Assembly (NCBI GenBank): GCA_963697205.1
Contig: CAVONB010000009.1
Location: forward strand, 25,833-89,832
Length of the DNA: 64,000 nt
Direction of reading: 5' to 3'
Source of the DNA: an uncultured Alphaproteobacteria bacterium
GTDB taxonomy: Bacteria; Pseudomonadota; Alphaproteobacteria; Rhizobiales; Hyphomicrobiaceae
Part shown: positions 30,222 through 38,422 of the stretch, piece after piece
Numbering within the stretch: position 1 is the first letter of the stretch
Layout of the letters: the number at the start of each line of letters is the position of its first letter
Position numbers and translations under genes: made by a program
The notes under the pieces: model-generated
Databases searched by the model: none
The model's input: the letters and a program-made list of their open reading frames with translations, nothing else
What the model was told of the DNA's origin: nothing

Positions 30222-31085
30222 ATGTCCAGCGCCAAATTGGCATCGGGAGCGCTCGCCATGCAGGATATGTCGCCCATGCGTTCGACGGGTGAGCCCGCCG
30301 TCCGGCACTATCGGACTATATTCGTTTCAGATCTCCACCTTGGGACCCGGAACGCACAGGCCGGCGCCTTCCTCGAATTCCTCAGAACAACAGAATCCGA
30401 TACGATCTACCTCGTTGGAGATATCGTCGACTTCTGGAAGGTGCGCCGTGGCCCCTATTGGCCGCAGTCTCACAACGACTTAATCCAGAAGATTCTGCGC
30501 AAGGTCCGAAAGGGTACGCGCATCATCTACATACCCGGCAATCACGACGAGGGACTACGCGACTATTGCGGTGCCCATTTCGGTGGAATCGAGATCGCAC
30601 GCGACTTCGTTCACGTGACGGCGGCGGGCAAGCGATACCTTGTCATGCACGGCGACGAGTTCGATGTCATCGTACGCTATGCACACTGGCTCGCGTTTCT
30701 TGGGGACCTGTCCTACGAGACCCTGCTGCGATGCAATGCGCCATTGAACTGGGTGTGGCGGCATATGGGCTGGGGCTATTGGTCTCTGTCGGCTTACCTC
30801 AAGCTGCGGGTGAAGAAGGCCGTGAGCTTCATTGGAGAGTTCGAGGAAGCTCTTGCCGATGAAGCGCGCCGCCGTAGCGTCGACGGCATCATCTGCGGTC
30901 ATATTCATCATGCCGCCGACCGGATGATCGGCGACATCCGCTACCTGAACTGCGGGGACTGGGTCGAAAGCGGAACGGCGCTCGTCGAGGGCGCAGATGG
31001 GACGATTTCACTCATCTACTATCTGGACACCGCCATCGATGCGGCGACGTCGACACCCACGTCCCCGCAACCAGTCATCCCATAA
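30222..31085 (+). CDS. LpxH-type metallophosphoesterase (UDP-2,3-diacylglucosamine hydrolase family; possibly PlcP-like phospholipase C)
   Basis: VSDLHLG, GDIVDFW, GNHDE, MHGDEFD and CGHIHH calcineurin-like motifs. Confidence 0.85.
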   Translation: MSSAKLASGALAMQDMSPMRSTGEPAVRHYRTIFVSDLHLGTRNAQAGAFLEFLRTTESDTIYLVGDIVDFWKVRRGPYWPQSHNDLIQKILRKVRKGTRIIYIPGNHDEGLRDYCGAHFGGIEIARDFVHVTAAGKRYLVMHGDEFDVIVRYAHWLAFLGDLSYETLLRCNAPLNWVWRHMGWGYWSLSAYLKLRVKKAVSFIGEFEEALADEARRRSVDGIICGHIHHAADRMIGDIRYLNCGDWVESGTALVEGADGTISLIYYLDTAIDAATSTPTSPQPVIP

Positions 31086-31123
31086 CCCTGCAGTCACAAG
31101 ATTGAAGGATATGACAGCTATCA

Positions 31124-31131
31124 AAGATAAT
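31124..31131. repeat. Target-site duplication AAGATAAT (left copy) of the IS1595-family element
   Basis: An identical 8-mer directly abuts both IS termini. Confidence 0.8.
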
Positions 31132-32176
31132 GGCTCTGTTCCGCTTCAATGTAGCAGGGCCCGCTGCCCCATCGCTCCGGCGAGGCAATGTCGCGGCGTG
31201 AGCGCGTCACCGTCGCGCTCGATCATGCGGCGCCAGCCCAGGTAGCTCGGCAGATACTTCGACGCCACGCCCTTGAATCGAGCCATCCATCCCTTGAAGC
31301 GGCTCTGGTAGGCGTTGACGTTCTGGATGTGATAGCAGCCGATCGTCCGTTCGCCGGCGCTGGCGACGAGCGCAATCTGGACGATGTCTGTCGCAGCCGC
31401 GAATGCCTCGTAGGCCCTGTTGCCGTCGGTCACGAGCACGGCGTCCTTGGCGACGACGGGCTTTAGGTGCGACCCGATCGTCTCCCCGCTGAGGTCGAAG
31501 AGGATCGCGTCGGTGGTCTCGCCATGGCGGTCGCGCACGATCAGGATGGCATCGTGCTCATCGGTGGAAAGGCCCGGCTTCTTGGCTTTTCCGCCGCGCT
31601 TCCTGGGCGCGCGGCCGACCAGCTTGCGCGAGCCCTTCGCGGACTTGAGGATGAACGTCTCGTCCGCCTCGACGATGCCGGTCACCGCGCTCGCCTTCTT
31701 GTCCCTGGCCGTCGCGAGGAAGCGATGGCGCCAGCGGAACGATGTGTCCAGACGGATGCCGGTGCGCGCCGCCGCCTTGCGCAGGCTGACGCCGTCGACC
31801 AGCGAGCGGGCATAGTCGAGCCACTTCTCGCGCAGGCGCAGACCCGCCAGCGGCGTGCCGGTCAGCGCGTTGAAGGTGCGCCCGCACGCCTTGCACATAT
31901 AGCGTTTGAGATCCGAGGCCGAGCCCCACGGCTTGAAGTCAACCTCGCCGCAATGGCCGCAGGCCGGCGCTGCCGCGAACCGCGTTTCGATCATGGCGAC
32001 GACCTCCTCGCCGGCCCCCTTCGCAGACAGCGCCTCAACCAGCGCGTCGCGCTGGACCTGGCTGAGGTCGCCCAGTTGCTCGACAAGTGCCCGGAAGTCT
32101 TGCGCTTTCATGATATCCCCGCTGCCGCCAAATCAGTGGTCAGCAAGGTCTCACAACACTGAGGCGGAACAGAGCC
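31132..32176 (-). mobile_element. IS1595-family insertion sequence, apparently intact (1045 bp)
   Basis: Imperfect terminal inverted repeats GGCTCTGTTCCGC(T/C)TCA(A/G)TGT at 31132 and (reverse complement) 32176. Single transposase ORF, flanked by an 8-bp direct repeat. Confidence 0.85.
31146..32111 (-). CDS. IS1595 family transposase (ISXO2-like DDE)
   Basis: 321 aa. N-terminal zinc-ribbon CGHCG...CKACGRTF and DDE-type core (VEADETF ... LVTDGNRAY). Confidence 0.9.
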   Translation of the reverse strand: MKAQDFRALVEQLGDLSQVQRDALVEALSAKGAGEEVVAMIETRFAAAPACGHCGEVDFKPWGSASDLKRYMCKACGRTFNALTGTPLAGLRLREKWLDYARSLVDGVSLRKAAARTGIRLDTSFRWRHRFLATARDKKASAVTGIVEADETFILKSAKGSRKLVGRAPRKRGGKAKKPGLSTDEHDAILIVRDRHGETTDAILFDLSGETIGSHLKPVVAKDAVLVTDGNRAYEAFAAATDIVQIALVASAGERTIGCYHIQNVNAYQSRFKGWMARFKGVASKYLPSYLGWRRMIERDGDALTPRHCLAGAMGQRALLH

Positions 32177-32184
32177 AAGATAAT
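32177..32184. repeat. Target-site duplication AAGATAAT (right copy)
   Basis: Identical to 31124-31131. Confidence 0.8.
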
Positions 32185-32221
32185 CAGTGTCGCATCAGTG
32201 CGAGGCGCTGACGACCATCTC

Positions 32222-32833
32222 CTAGCGCCCGCAGGCCGATTGCAGAAACGCTTCGCGCGCGCGCTGGCCGGCAGTGGCCGTTTCCAGGCTGACAAGCTGC
32301 CGGCACCATTCGTAGTGATGATCGAAATCCCCACTCCATTCGGGGCCGGACACGCCGCAGCGAAGCCGGCGCGCTCGCGCATATTGATCAATGGCGTTGC
32401 GCGCATACGCGAAGCATTGTGACGGACTTTGGCTACGCGTCTGCGGACAGCAGTAAGCTTTGTTGCCTCTCCGGCACGCCTTGCCATCGCCACTGACATC
32501 GCGCAGCGCCTGATAGTATCCAATGGGGCACGATCCATTGCAGAATGGTGCCGTGCCGAACCAACGGCAGTCGCCTGGGCGAAGGTAGGAGGCCTCTGCG
32601 GGAACCGAGCAGCGCATGCGACGCATTGGTGTTGTCTCGCATGCCACCAGGGTGCAATTCGTCACGGTCCCATTCACACAATCGCAACGATTGCAGCCGT
32701 CCGACATGACGCGGCAATGCCAGGGACAGCTTTCGGCGCGCGCGGGAGCGCTGTCGGTGGCAATGGAAAGGACGCTCATGATGAGCGCGCACAGCGAACA
32801 CAATGCGCGCCGGAACGCACGGGGCATCCTCAC
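32222..32833 (-). CDS. Secreted cysteine-rich hypothetical protein
   Basis: 203 aa. Signal peptide MRMPRAFRRALCSLCALIMSVLSIATDSAPARA. More than 20 Cys in clustered patterns (CPWHC..CNRCDC, WFGTAPFCNGSCP...AYCC). Confidence 0.6.
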   Translation of the reverse strand: MRMPRAFRRALCSLCALIMSVLSIATDSAPARAESCPWHCRVMSDGCNRCDCVNGTVTNCTLVACETTPMRRMRCSVPAEASYLRPGDCRWFGTAPFCNGSCPIGYYQALRDVSGDGKACRRGNKAYCCPQTRSQSPSQCFAYARNAIDQYARARRLRCGVSGPEWSGDFDHHYEWCRQLVSLETATAGQRAREAFLQSACGR

Positions 32834-33104
32834 GCCCCATCCATTGCCAGAACCGCTGCCGTCGCCCGCCGCGGGCCGGAAATGATATCCGTTTTCGCAG
32901 CCGTACGCCCTGGCGGGGCGGGAACGGCCAGAAGTGCTGCGAAGGGCAATTGATCCGCCAATTCTCGCATCGCGTGCTCCACGGGTTCCAGGTGTGCGGA
33001 AATGAAGGCACCAGAAAATGAGGTCATTTCGAACCAGCTTGCCAATCGCGTCAAGCTATGGATACTCATAGTTCGTAAGCGTATCGATTGACGATTTCGT
33101 TTGA

Positions 33105-34178
33105 TTGGACAGGTGTAGCGAGCATGCCAAGCGACGGTCTTCCGGCGTTCGCCCTCGTGCCGCCACCCCGGTATTTGGATGTCCCGCCATGGTCACGCTG
33201 ACCCCGCGAGAACGCGATTGCCTGCGACTGCTTGGCCAGGGACTGTCGACGGCGGATGTCGCCACCGACCTCGGCATCCGAAAGTCCACGCTGGAGTCCC
33301 ACCTCGCCGCCGCCCGCCGCAAACTCGGGGTCGCAACGACCCGTCAGGCGGTCTTGGTGAGCGCACTGCAATCCAGGCCCAGCCCCGCGGGTGGTTCAGC
33401 TGTCAATGGCGAGGCGCTGCGCCGGTTCGCCGAGCACTCTGCTCTCGCAACGGATGTTGCCGACGTCCTCATGCGTAGTAGCTGCTTCAAACAGGGTTGG
33501 GACGCTCTGGTCGATGCAGTCGGAGCACTGGGCGTGCAGCACCTCAGCCTCGGCTTGATCGCCGAGCCCGAAGGCACGCTGTCAAATGGCGGGCGGCGAA
33601 TCGCAACGAGCTTCCTTCCGCAGGAATTTTCCAAAGAGATAGGCGATCCCGACGACTTCTCGCGCGATCCAATCGGGAAATACGTCACCAGTCACCGACA
33701 GGGCCGCGTACTCGACTCCGTCAGCATTCTCGATCCGGATGATCAGAGCGTCCACGAGAACTTGCGTGCCATCGCCAGCGCCTACATGGATTGCGGTCTT
33801 CGCTACGTCTACTGCCAACCGGGGCGCGATGCCGCGACGATGGCGGCACATGCGCTTTTCTACAGTCTGGATGGGACGGCGGTGAGAGATTGGGCGCGCG
33901 ATCATGCAGCTCTGCATGACGAATGCAGCGCCATCTCGGATCTCTTTTGGACGATCGCTCAGGAGCGTCGGTGGCTGGCACCCTTCTCGGAATTGACACT
34001 GGCACAAGCAGCAGCGCTGCGCTGCCTTGCCCGAGGTTTTACAAGTGCCGAGGCCGCTGAGCAGCTCGGCGTCTCTCTGCGCGGCTTCGAAAAGCATCTG
34101 GCGGGCGCGCGCGTGAATCTCAAGGCGCGCACGAATGCGCAGGCGGTGTACCGGGCGATGGTGTACCGGGCGCTTTGA
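33105..34178 (+). CDS. LuxR-family regulator with N- and C-terminal GerE-type HTH modules (copy 1)
   Basis: N-terminal LTPRERDCLRLLGQGLSTADVATDLGIRKSTLESHLAAARRKL, central ligand-domain-like region, C-terminal LTLAQAAALRCLARGFTSAEAAEQLGVS. The start is uncertain (33105 or ATG 33189). Confidence 0.75.
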   Translation: MDRCSEHAKRRSSGVRPRAATPVFGCPAMVTLTPRERDCLRLLGQGLSTADVATDLGIRKSTLESHLAAARRKLGVATTRQAVLVSALQSRPSPAGGSAVNGEALRRFAEHSALATDVADVLMRSSCFKQGWDALVDAVGALGVQHLSLGLIAEPEGTLSNGGRRIATSFLPQEFSKEIGDPDDFSRDPIGKYVTSHRQGRVLDSVSILDPDDQSVHENLRAIASAYMDCGLRYVYCQPGRDAATMAAHALFYSLDGTAVRDWARDHAALHDECSAISDLFWTIAQERRWLAPFSELTLAQAAALRCLARGFTSAEAAEQLGVSLRGFEKHLAGARVNLKARTNAQAVYRAMVYRAL

Positions 34179-34411
34179 GGCGTCGACGGCGGACGTGCAG
34201 CGGGGCTGGATGAGGAAGAAGAGATGAAGCGGCGTCCTTCGTTCGATGATGTGCTGACCCCGCGCGAACGCGATTGCCTGCGACTGCTTGGCCAGGGACT
34301 GTCGACGGCGGATGTCGCCACCGACCTCGGCATCCGAAAGTCCACGCTGGAGTCCCACCTCGCCGCCGCCCGCCGCAAACTCAGCGTCTCAACCACCCGG
34401 CAGGCGGTTGT
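34125..34411. repeat. ~287-bp near-identical repeat spanning the gene 1 / gene 2 junction of the LuxR array (partner at 35166-35452)
   Basis: By-eye alignment at a 1041-bp offset gives 2 mismatches (gtg/gcg at ~34251, tcc/ttc at ~34353). Confidence 0.8.
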
Positions 34412-35219
34412 TGTTCTACAGGATGACCGAAGTCCAGAAATGATGGCCCATCCGCAAGAGCAAGTGCTTCTGATCAGGGCGCAACTCTCTTCCATCGATA
34501 GCCATCTGCCCGATCTGCAAGGCGCAACGAGCCTGGCCCAGGCATGGCGACGGTTCTGCCGCGCGATGGAGGAGCTCGGTGTTGCGGGCGTAAACTTTGG
34601 TGTTATCGCGGAACCCGAAGCAGTCACGACGGTCGACAATTGGTACTTTAGATCCTCGCTTCCGCACGAGGTTTCGTCCCTTTACCTGCAATGTGGAGGC
34701 GTCGCGACCGACCCCAACGTTCCGCGTTTCGCCTGCAGTCGCGCTCCTTTCCTGATTGATGCCGCAAGCCTGAAGGGGCAGTTCTCTACGCTGCCGCCGT
34801 CGGCACGGCGCTTGGCCACGAGCATGCTCGACCACCACCTGACACTTTCGGTTTGTGCACCTTTGCGGGACGAGACAACCAGAGCACTTATGGGGGCGGC
34901 GTTCGTGCTCGATCCGTCCGAGCATTCCGCCGTGCAGCGGCACCGCTCGGAACGGACGGCGCTTCTTCAAAGCGCGGCGGTCTACTTCGCGGCCTGCGTC
35001 CGCAACCAGCGGCTTCTTTCGGACATCCCCGGACTGACCCAGAGAGAAGTCGCAGCCCTTAAGCTCCTGGTGCGAGGGTTCAGCATGCAGTGCGCGGCCG
35101 AGCGCTCGGGTCTATCGCAGCGCGGATATGAGAAAGTCCTAGCCGTGGTGCGCGCGAAGCTGGGCGCGCGCACGAATGCGCAGGCGGTGTACCGGGCGAT
35201 GGTGTACCGGGCGCTTTGA
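34224..35219 (+). CDS. LuxR-family regulator with N- and C-terminal GerE-type HTH modules (copy 2)
   Basis: 331 aa. Same terminal modules as copy 1 with a divergent central domain. Confidence 0.8.
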   Translation: MKRRPSFDDVLTPRERDCLRLLGQGLSTADVATDLGIRKSTLESHLAAARRKLSVSTTRQAVVVLQDDRSPEMMAHPQEQVLLIRAQLSSIDSHLPDLQGATSLAQAWRRFCRAMEELGVAGVNFGVIAEPEAVTTVDNWYFRSSLPHEVSSLYLQCGGVATDPNVPRFACSRAPFLIDAASLKGQFSTLPPSARRLATSMLDHHLTLSVCAPLRDETTRALMGAAFVLDPSEHSAVQRHRSERTALLQSAAVYFAACVRNQRLLSDIPGLTQREVAALKLLVRGFSMQCAAERSGLSQRGYEKVLAVVRAKLGARTNAQAVYRAMVYRAL

Positions 35220-35452
35220 GGCGTCGACGGCGGACGTGCAGCGGGGCTGGATGAGGAAGAAGAGATGAAGCGGCGTCCTTCGTTCGATGATGCGCTGACC
35301 CCGCGCGAACGCGATTGCCTGCGACTGCTTGGCCAGGGACTGTCGACGGCGGATGTCGCCACCGACCTCGGCATCCGAAAGTCCACGCTGGAGTTCCACC
35401 TCGCCGCCGCCCGCCGCAAACTCAGCGTCTCAACCACCCGGCAGGCGGTTGT
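35166..35452. repeat. ~287-bp near-identical repeat spanning the gene 2 / gene 3 junction of the LuxR array
   Basis: Partner of 34125-34411. Confidence 0.8.
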
Positions 35453-36272
35453 CGCGCTATTCACCCCGAAGCCGGCAACAGCTAGCACGACCTGTGATAG
35501 CGAGTGGCCGCTTTTGGACGCAGCTGAGCCCGACCGTCTCGCCGCTGATGCTGGCAGCGCTTTGGCAGGCGCTGTTGGACTGAATGATGGCTGGAATCGT
35601 CTCGTGCGACACGTCGCGACGTTCGGTGCGGTCGAAACGACGATAGGCGTGATCGCGGAACCCGAGGGCACGTTTTCGATCGGCGGACGGCTTCTGCGGT
35701 CGACCTTTCTGCAGCCCAACGTCACCGACAATCTGGCCGAACCCCCCGATATGGCCAACAATCCCATCGGCTCCCACTTCGCGCACCAGCAGGTCGGACG
35801 GCTTTTCGACTGTGAAGAATGCTTCGGCCCGATGAGCCAGAACGTCAATCCTGTGCTTCGTAGCATCGCCCTGGCGTTTCTCGAGCAGGGCCGGCGCTAC
35901 CACTACTGTCAGCCCGGGCGCGACCCCGTGACGACCGCGCCCTACGTCCTGTTCTTCAGTCTCGACCACACCGCGAGCACCGACATACGCAAGGGACGAT
36001 CAAACGTGCCGGCCGCGCTGCAGGCAGTGTCCGAGGTCATGTGGCGAATGGCGCAGGAGCACCGCTGGCTCGCCGGCTATGCGGGTCTGACCGGCGCGCA
36101 GACCGCCGCACTCAAGCTCCTGGCCCGCGGCTTCTCGATGGCGGAGGCGGCCGAGCACTGCGGAGTTTCGCAACGTGGCTTCGATAAGGTGCTGGCCGCG
36201 GCCCGAACGCGGCTCGATGCGCGGACCAATGCGCAAGCGCTCTTCCGCGCGATGGTGTACCGGGCATTCTAG
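35265..36272 (+). CDS. LuxR-family regulator with N- and C-terminal GerE-type HTH modules (copy 3)
   Basis: 335 aa. Same terminal modules with a divergent central domain. Confidence 0.8.
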   Translation: MKRRPSFDDALTPRERDCLRLLGQGLSTADVATDLGIRKSTLEFHLAAARRKLSVSTTRQAVVALFTPKPATASTTCDSEWPLLDAAEPDRLAADAGSALAGAVGLNDGWNRLVRHVATFGAVETTIGVIAEPEGTFSIGGRLLRSTFLQPNVTDNLAEPPDMANNPIGSHFAHQQVGRLFDCEECFGPMSQNVNPVLRSIALAFLEQGRRYHYCQPGRDPVTTAPYVLFFSLDHTASTDIRKGRSNVPAALQAVSEVMWRMAQEHRWLAGYAGLTGAQTAALKLLARGFSMAEAAEHCGVSQRGFDKVLAAARTRLDARTNAQALFRAMVYRAF

Positions 36273-36442
36273 GCCAAAGGTGCGAAATTCCCCAAGGGGT
36301 GCAGCGCAGCCCGCATTTCGCAGGTTCGCAACGCCGGCCCCGACGAGCCCTCCTGATACCAGAAAAAAAATCGGGTCCTGGTGCGGAAAACCACACCGAT
36401 CTCCAAGTTTTGAAGGATTGTGCCGCGCCCAGCCTGCGCCAC

Positions 36443-36748
36443 ATGATGCGCGAGCCACCCGAAGCGAATTCAGTGACAGGGCTCACGATGCAGGATTTCG
36501 CATTGCCGCTAGACGATGAAACCGAACGGCCAGCGTCCGGCCACGCCGACGTGACGCTTTCGACCCGCGAGGCGGAGTGTCTTTTATGGCTCGCCCGCGG
36601 GCTGAGATCGGCAGCCATCGCCGAGAGGTTGTCGCTCGCCGTTGTCACGGTGGAGCTGCACATCAAGAACGCGCGGGTCAAGCTCGGCGCTACGACGCGC
36701 GAGCATGCGGTCGCAAAGGCCATAACGCTCGGCCTGATCGCGCCGTGA
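36443..36748 (+). CDS. Small LuxR/GerE-type HTH protein (DNA-binding domain only)
   Basis: LSTREAECLLWLARGLRSAAIAERLSLAVVTVELHIKNARVKLGATTREHAV. The start is uncertain (ATG 36443 or 36488). Confidence 0.65.
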   Translation: MMREPPEANSVTGLTMQDFALPLDDETERPASGHADVTLSTREAECLLWLARGLRSAAIAERLSLAVVTVELHIKNARVKLGATTREHAVAKAITLGLIAP

Positions 36749-36832
36749 CTGGCAGGCGGCGCGATAGGCGACGAGCGGCCACCTACGCAATTCCATAGGT
36801 CGTCTCGTGTGAAACATTGCGGGAGAGAGGAA

Positions 36833-38332
36833 ATGGCGGCATTGCGATCGTCACGGGTCATCGGCCAGGCACTGGCCATCTCATCGGCGCTGTCCATCTG
36901 GACGACCACGGCACTGGGGTGCGGACCTGGCCCGTTCATCGTCAACGACGCCGGCGAGCCCACCGGCGCATTGACGGCGTGCGCCAACCGCTCGGTCCGT
37001 TGTACGTTGCGGGACGCGGTCAACGCCGCCAACCAGTGCGCCGGACGCGGCATGCGCACGATCCGCATCACCGGTATGACCGCGCGATTGTCGCGCGAGC
37101 CGAATAACAACGAGCCGGGCGGCTACGCTCGTCAGGACGGCCGCTCGGCGCTCACGATCAATGAAAACGTGCAGGTGACCATCAGCGGCGGTGGACGAAT
37201 CGAGCGCGCCGGTAACAACGCATTCCGCCTCTTCCGCGTGGCTCCGCGCGCAAGCCTCACGATCGTGGGCATGACGCTGTCGAAAGGACGGCTGCCGCTT
37301 GGACGTGGGGCGGAAGGCGAAGGCGCGGCTATCCTCAACCGGGGCACGCTTACGATCAGGGGGCCACGCGCCTATCTCGTCGACAGTTCGGCAACGCAGA
37401 GCGGCGGCGCCATCGCGACCTATGGACGTCTCGAGATTGTCGACGCTGAACTGAGCGGGAACCGATCCGGCATCGGCGGTGCTGGTGGCGGCGCCCTCTT
37501 CGTGGCGCCCGGAGCGGAGGCGACGCTCACCAGGGTCAAGTTCCGCACGAACGCGGCGGGCTCGTTCGGCGGTGCCGTCGATACACACGGTCGCCTGACC
37601 GTCTCGCAATCGACCTTCGAGGAAAACAATGGAACTGACGGCGGCGCCATCACGGTGCGTGCGATGGGAACGCTCGACGTCAGCCAATCGCTGTTCCGCG
37701 CCAACACGGCATCCAGCTCGGCCGCCATCCGCCTCCTGCCTAATTCCAACGCCCTCTCGACCATTTCCGCGTCGACCTTCTCCGCCAACCGCGCGTCACG
37801 TATCGGCGGGGCTATCGAGGTCTCGTCGGGACGCGCAAAGCTTCACGACTTGACAATCACGCAGAACTCGGCGCCGACCGGCTCAGGCCTTGTTTCAGGT
37901 TCAAGCGGCCGGGTCGAGATCATCAACTCGATCATCGCTGACAATCGCGTCGGACCAAGCTGTGCAATGACGATGGCGCCGACGTTGCAGAACCCGAACC
38001 TCAACGACGACGGCTCGTGTGCCGGCATGTCCGTGAGAGGCGCTCCGAAGCTGCAACCACTCAGGCTGGCAGGCGGCGCAACCGCCGTGCATCTGCCCTT
38101 CCCGGGCAGTCCGGCGATTGAGAGCGGGGCCGGCTGCCTCAGCGTCGATCAGCGGGGCCGAGCGAGACCGTCAACGCCGACCGCGAGCCAGGGACGATGC
38201 GAAATCGGCGCGGCCGAGGTGACCACTGCCACCGACCTCGGGCATCGCACGCCCCTGCCGCCCGGCAAAGCCGACGATGTTCTGAAGGAGCCCCGCATGC
38301 TGCCGGGCGGCGGGCCGCTCAAGCGCTTCTGA
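36833..38332 (+). CDS. Secreted right-handed beta-helix repeat protein (Pmp-repeat / choice-of-anchor-Q-like)
   Basis: ATG 36833 after GGGAGAGAGGAA. Signal peptide. CTLRDAVNAAN head motif, repeated GGAI/GGAL-containing ~25-aa turns, C-terminal DQRGRARP...CEIGAAE. Confidence 0.75.
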   Translation: MAALRSSRVIGQALAISSALSIWTTTALGCGPGPFIVNDAGEPTGALTACANRSVRCTLRDAVNAANQCAGRGMRTIRITGMTARLSREPNNNEPGGYARQDGRSALTINENVQVTISGGGRIERAGNNAFRLFRVAPRASLTIVGMTLSKGRLPLGRGAEGEGAAILNRGTLTIRGPRAYLVDSSATQSGGAIATYGRLEIVDAELSGNRSGIGGAGGGALFVAPGAEATLTRVKFRTNAAGSFGGAVDTHGRLTVSQSTFEENNGTDGGAITVRAMGTLDVSQSLFRANTASSSAAIRLLPNSNALSTISASTFSANRASRIGGAIEVSSGRAKLHDLTITQNSAPTGSGLVSGSSGRVEIINSIIADNRVGPSCAMTMAPTLQNPNLNDDGSCAGMSVRGAPKLQPLRLAGGATAVHLPFPGSPAIESGAGCLSVDQRGRARPSTPTASQGRCEIGAAEVTTATDLGHRTPLPPGKADDVLKEPRMLPGGGPLKRF

Positions 38333-38422
38333 GGAACCGATGCGGGAGGTCTGTCGCAGCCCTTCAGTCTCCAAGCAGCAACTCTGCATTAGGTGCATTT
38401 TCGAATTCCGGGAAAACAATCC

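Noticed and set aside
30222-31085. Annotating the metallophosphoesterase as the lipid A enzyme LpxH.
   Set aside because: The context (GT21 lipid glycosyltransferase, accessory region, IS nearby) favours a PlcP-like role, as does the usual reliance of alphaproteobacteria on LpxI. The call is kept generic and no gene symbol is assigned.
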